64,000 bases of DNA from an uncultured Nitrososphaerota archaeon (GTDB taxonomy: Archaea; Thermoproteota; Nitrososphaeria; Nitrososphaerales; CADDZS01). Location: assembly GCA_963799845.1 (NCBI GenBank), contig CAWCYI010000004.1, forward strand, positions 864,001 through 928,000, written 5' to 3'. Positions within the stretch are counted from its first letter, which is position 1. Each line of letters starts with the position of its first letter. Shown in pieces: positions 61,396 through 64,000 of this stretch. The notes under the pieces were generated by a model that was given only the letters and a program-made list of their open reading frames with translations, ran no database searches and was not told the DNA's origin. The position numbers and the translations under genes were made by a program.

Positions 61396-62397
61396 TCAGA
61401 TAAATCTTCTTTCGGCCAGAGAATAAGCAGCAAACTTCGGAGTTTTGTAATCAGGGAAAAGTTCCGGATGGAGAATAGATGCCATAATCTCAAGGCCGTC
61501 AACGAGACGCGGACCTGATCTGCTGTAGTACGACGGACTGTCCATGACGAAAACTTTGGAATTTCGCACAGCTCGTAGGCTGCCCCAGCCTTCCTTTCCC
61601 GTAAGAGTAGAAATCTCTGAGAGAGTACGTTGGACATCGTAACCACAAACGGTCACGAAAATAACCTCAGGATCAATCTTCAACACTTTCTCCCACTCCA
61701 CGACGGTCGACGGCTCTCCGAATTTCCCAAGACCTTCTCTGCCCCCAGAGTAATCCACCAGCTCGGGCATCCAGTGCCCCGAGCAATAAACCGGATCGAG
61801 CCACTCAAGACAAAATACTGAAGGCCTTTGGACAGAACTATCCATGCATTTTTCCTTGACCTTGTCGACTCTACTTTCGAGCTTTGATAAAATTTCCTTC
61901 GCGCGCTCTAAACTCCCGGTGGCTCTGCCTACTTTCACCACGTCCTGCAGCACCTCTTCGAGGTTATGTGGTGTCAAAGAAAGTATTCCTGGTTTTGGAT
62001 TCAGGTTTGCTATCGTTTTCGAGACTTCGCGGAGCGGAGTGGCGCAGACTTCGCACAGTTCTTGCGTGATTATTAGGTCGGGAGCAAGCGATCTAAGGAG
62101 CTCTTCATCGATAGTGTAGACGGACTTGCCCTGAGTTACGCGTTCCAGGACCGAGTCGTCAATTTCTCTGCTCGTCATTTGAGTCGAATCAAACACCGAT
62201 CGCATCACCACTGGTTTTAACCTGATTTCGGGCGGATAATCGCATTCGTGGGTTATTCCAACCAGTTTATCCTCCAGCCCAAGCAGGGCCACGATCTCGG
62301 TGGCGCTGGGAAGAGTCGTAATTATTCTCCTAGCCGAAGCTCCGGTGTCTTCCGCTGGAGAACGGTGATCCAGATGTGAAGGAGGATAGAGACTCAT
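61396..62397 (-). CDS. BtuF-like cobalamin/Fe-siderophore binding protein without signal peptide
   Basis: RIITTLPSATEIV, VGITHECDYP, PDLIITQELCEVCA, LEWLDP..GHW, SRSGPRLVDG. Confidence 0.85.
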   Translation of the reverse strand: MSLYPPSHLDHRSPAEDTGASARRIITTLPSATEIVALLGLEDKLVGITHECDYPPEIRLKPVVMRSVFDSTQMTSREIDDSVLERVTQGKSVYTIDEELLRSLAPDLIITQELCEVCATPLREVSKTIANLNPKPGILSLTPHNLEEVLQDVVKVGRATGSLERAKEILSKLESRVDKVKEKCMDSSVQRPSVFCLEWLDPVYCSGHWMPELVDYSGGREGLGKFGEPSTVVEWEKVLKIDPEVIFVTVCGYDVQRTLSEISTLTGKEGWGSLRAVRNSKVFVMDSPSYYSRSGPRLVDGLEIMASILHPELFPDYKTPKFAAYSLAERRFI

Positions 62398-62465
62398 TTC
62401 GTGAGAATGAATCTGGGATTCTTTTTCTTAAATATTGGGCTCGCATTCACGGGAGGTACCGACAA

Positions 62466-63269
62466 ATGTCCGAGCCTCTCAAATTCTACGATAATACGTA
62501 TGGTAATTTTTCTGAATCGATCCTGCAGGAAGTTCGAAACGAAGCGTTCGGCATGGACATCGGCCAAAATAGCTGGCTTACGTACGACGAACATCTAAAA
62601 TTCATCCTACATCTCAGGGCAAACCCACAATCTAGAATACTCGAGGTCGCTTGCGGATCTGGCCGTCCGGCACTAAGGATCGCGGAAGTTTCGGGCGCAC
62701 GGGTAGTTGGAATTGACATTAACGAAAAGGGAATAAACACAGCAAAGGAGATGGCTCGGGGGATGAAACTGGATTCTCTCGTCCAGTTTCAGGTTGCGGA
62801 TGGAAGCAAGTCACTGCCCTTCGATGACCAGTCCTTTGATTCGCTGATATGCGTGGATTCAATCAATCATCTTCCAGATAGACCGGGCGTACTCCGTGAA
62901 TGGCACAGAGTTTTGAAGCAGGGTGGGAGATTACTTTTCACAGATCCTATAACTGTCACGGGAATTCTGAGTAATGTCGAAATCGCGATCCGAAGTTCAA
63001 TCGGTTTCTTCCTTTTTACTCCTCCGGGCGTCGACGAGATTATGCTGAAAGAGTCCGGCTTCGAGTTGTTGGATAAGGAAGACCTGACCTCAAGCATGGA
63101 GATCGTTGCAAAACGGTGGCACGATGCTAGATCCAAGCGAAGAGAAGCTCTGATCAAAATAGAAGGAGAAGCTGAATACGAAGGCCTTCAAAAATTTCTG
63201 GAAGTTACACATACTTTGTCCCGGGAGAGGAGACTTTCCAGATTTGCCTACTTGGGAAGGCGACCATGA
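62466..63269 (+). CDS. Class I SAM-dependent methyltransferase
   Basis: ILEVACGSG, GIDIN, LPFDDQSFD, RVLKQGG. Confidence 0.9.
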   Translation: MSEPLKFYDNTYGNFSESILQEVRNEAFGMDIGQNSWLTYDEHLKFILHLRANPQSRILEVACGSGRPALRIAEVSGARVVGIDINEKGINTAKEMARGMKLDSLVQFQVADGSKSLPFDDQSFDSLICVDSINHLPDRPGVLREWHRVLKQGGRLLFTDPITVTGILSNVEIAIRSSIGFFLFTPPGVDEIMLKESGFELLDKEDLTSSMEIVAKRWHDARSKRREALIKIEGEAEYEGLQKFLEVTHTLSRERRLSRFAYLGRRP

Positions 63270-63657
63270 TTCCCCAAGGCGCCAAATTTGGATTGGTTGT
63301 GATTCGATCCTATTTAGTCTCAAAAAGATATCTCGGAGGAGCCCTCTGTTCGAATCTCGGCTCAGATTCGAGAGGAATATGGAAATAACCCTGCTCTTCG
63401 CTCTACCCTCTTACCGTGAATCGCATATGATCATCTCAGATCTTCTGGTAGATCAATATTACCAGAAGGTCATTTCCAGGTGCGGGGGTCCCACATTCCG
63501 TACATGTTTACTAGTAAATCTCTTCGGGGTTGAAGGATCACTGCCGAACTAACAACCCTTCAAAAGAACTAAAGGAGTAAGACGAACATAGGCGGCTAAC
63601 AAAGAAGAGAGTGAGAATTCTTATTATCTGGGATTTGCTGCGGGATAATAGAAGTTT

Positions 63658-64000
63658 ATGAGCATAGCTAGAGAAGACGATAAGAATCCATTCGATCTAA
63701 GTGGCAAGAACGCTGTTGTGACAGGAGGAGCCATGGGTATCGGTTTTGGGATTTGCAAACGATTTGTTCAAGCCGGGGCCAACGTGCTTATTGCGGATGT
63801 CGCGGGAAGCGCGGTGGAGGCAGCCGCGCAGAAACTAGCAGGTTCCCGCGGTAAAGCGGTTGCGATCCAAGCCGATGTTGCCGCGGATGGTGTCGGCGAT
63901 AGACTAGTCAGCAAATGCATGGAACTTTTTGGTTCGATCAATATTTTGGTCAATAACGCCGGCATTTATCCCATATCTCCCATTCTTCAAATGACCCCGG
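63658..64000 (+). CDS. Short-chain dehydrogenase/reductase, partial at the window edge
   Basis: FDLSGKNAVVTGGAMGIG..ILVNNAGIYP; absent from the ORF track because there is no stop in the window. Confidence 0.9.
   Translation, partial: MSIAREDDKNPFDLSGKNAVVTGGAMGIGFGICKRFVQAGANVLIADVAGSAVEAAAQKLAGSRGKAVAIQADVAADGVGDRLVSKCMELFGSINILVNNAGIYPISPILQMTP

Noticed and set aside
63244-63552. 102-aa ORF after the methyltransferase
   Set aside because: It overlaps the upstream stop and has no recognisable features; likely spurious.

Overview
Archaeal chromosomal window, most likely from a non-ammonia-oxidising Nitrososphaeria/Thaumarchaeota-like (TACK) organism. This is inferred from the CdvB-type ESCRT-III, archaeal type IV pilin, Taw1, KaiC/RAD55 and many wHTH genes. 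From left to right it holds: an archaeal type IV pilus locus (Ig-like surface protein end, pilin, ATPase, TadC/FlaJ-like); a NitT/TauT ABC importer; two convergent YVTN beta-propeller surface proteins; an uncharacterised module (SecB-like fold, CbbQ/NorQ AAA+, NorD-like vWA, coiled-coil proteins, wHTH, PadR-Mrr-like fusion); a repeat-rich intergenic region; PaaK and a Mo-hydroxylase large subunit; a degenerate HerA-like ATPase; KaiC; Taw1; a Liv-type ABC importer; and mostly metabolic genes. I saw no rRNA, tRNA, CRISPR array or transposase. Most notable: about nine apparent frameshifts almost all sit at or beside AGCT (three are AGCT>AG[T/A]CT insertions), which suggests a methylation-driven sequencing artefact rather than pseudogenes. 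Seven AGCT sites are phased about 10 bp apart at 22913-22977. Other oddities are an internally deleted mini-copy of the pilin gene and wHTH domains fused into Taw1 and ComA. All calls come from motif recognition by eye; no database searches were run.
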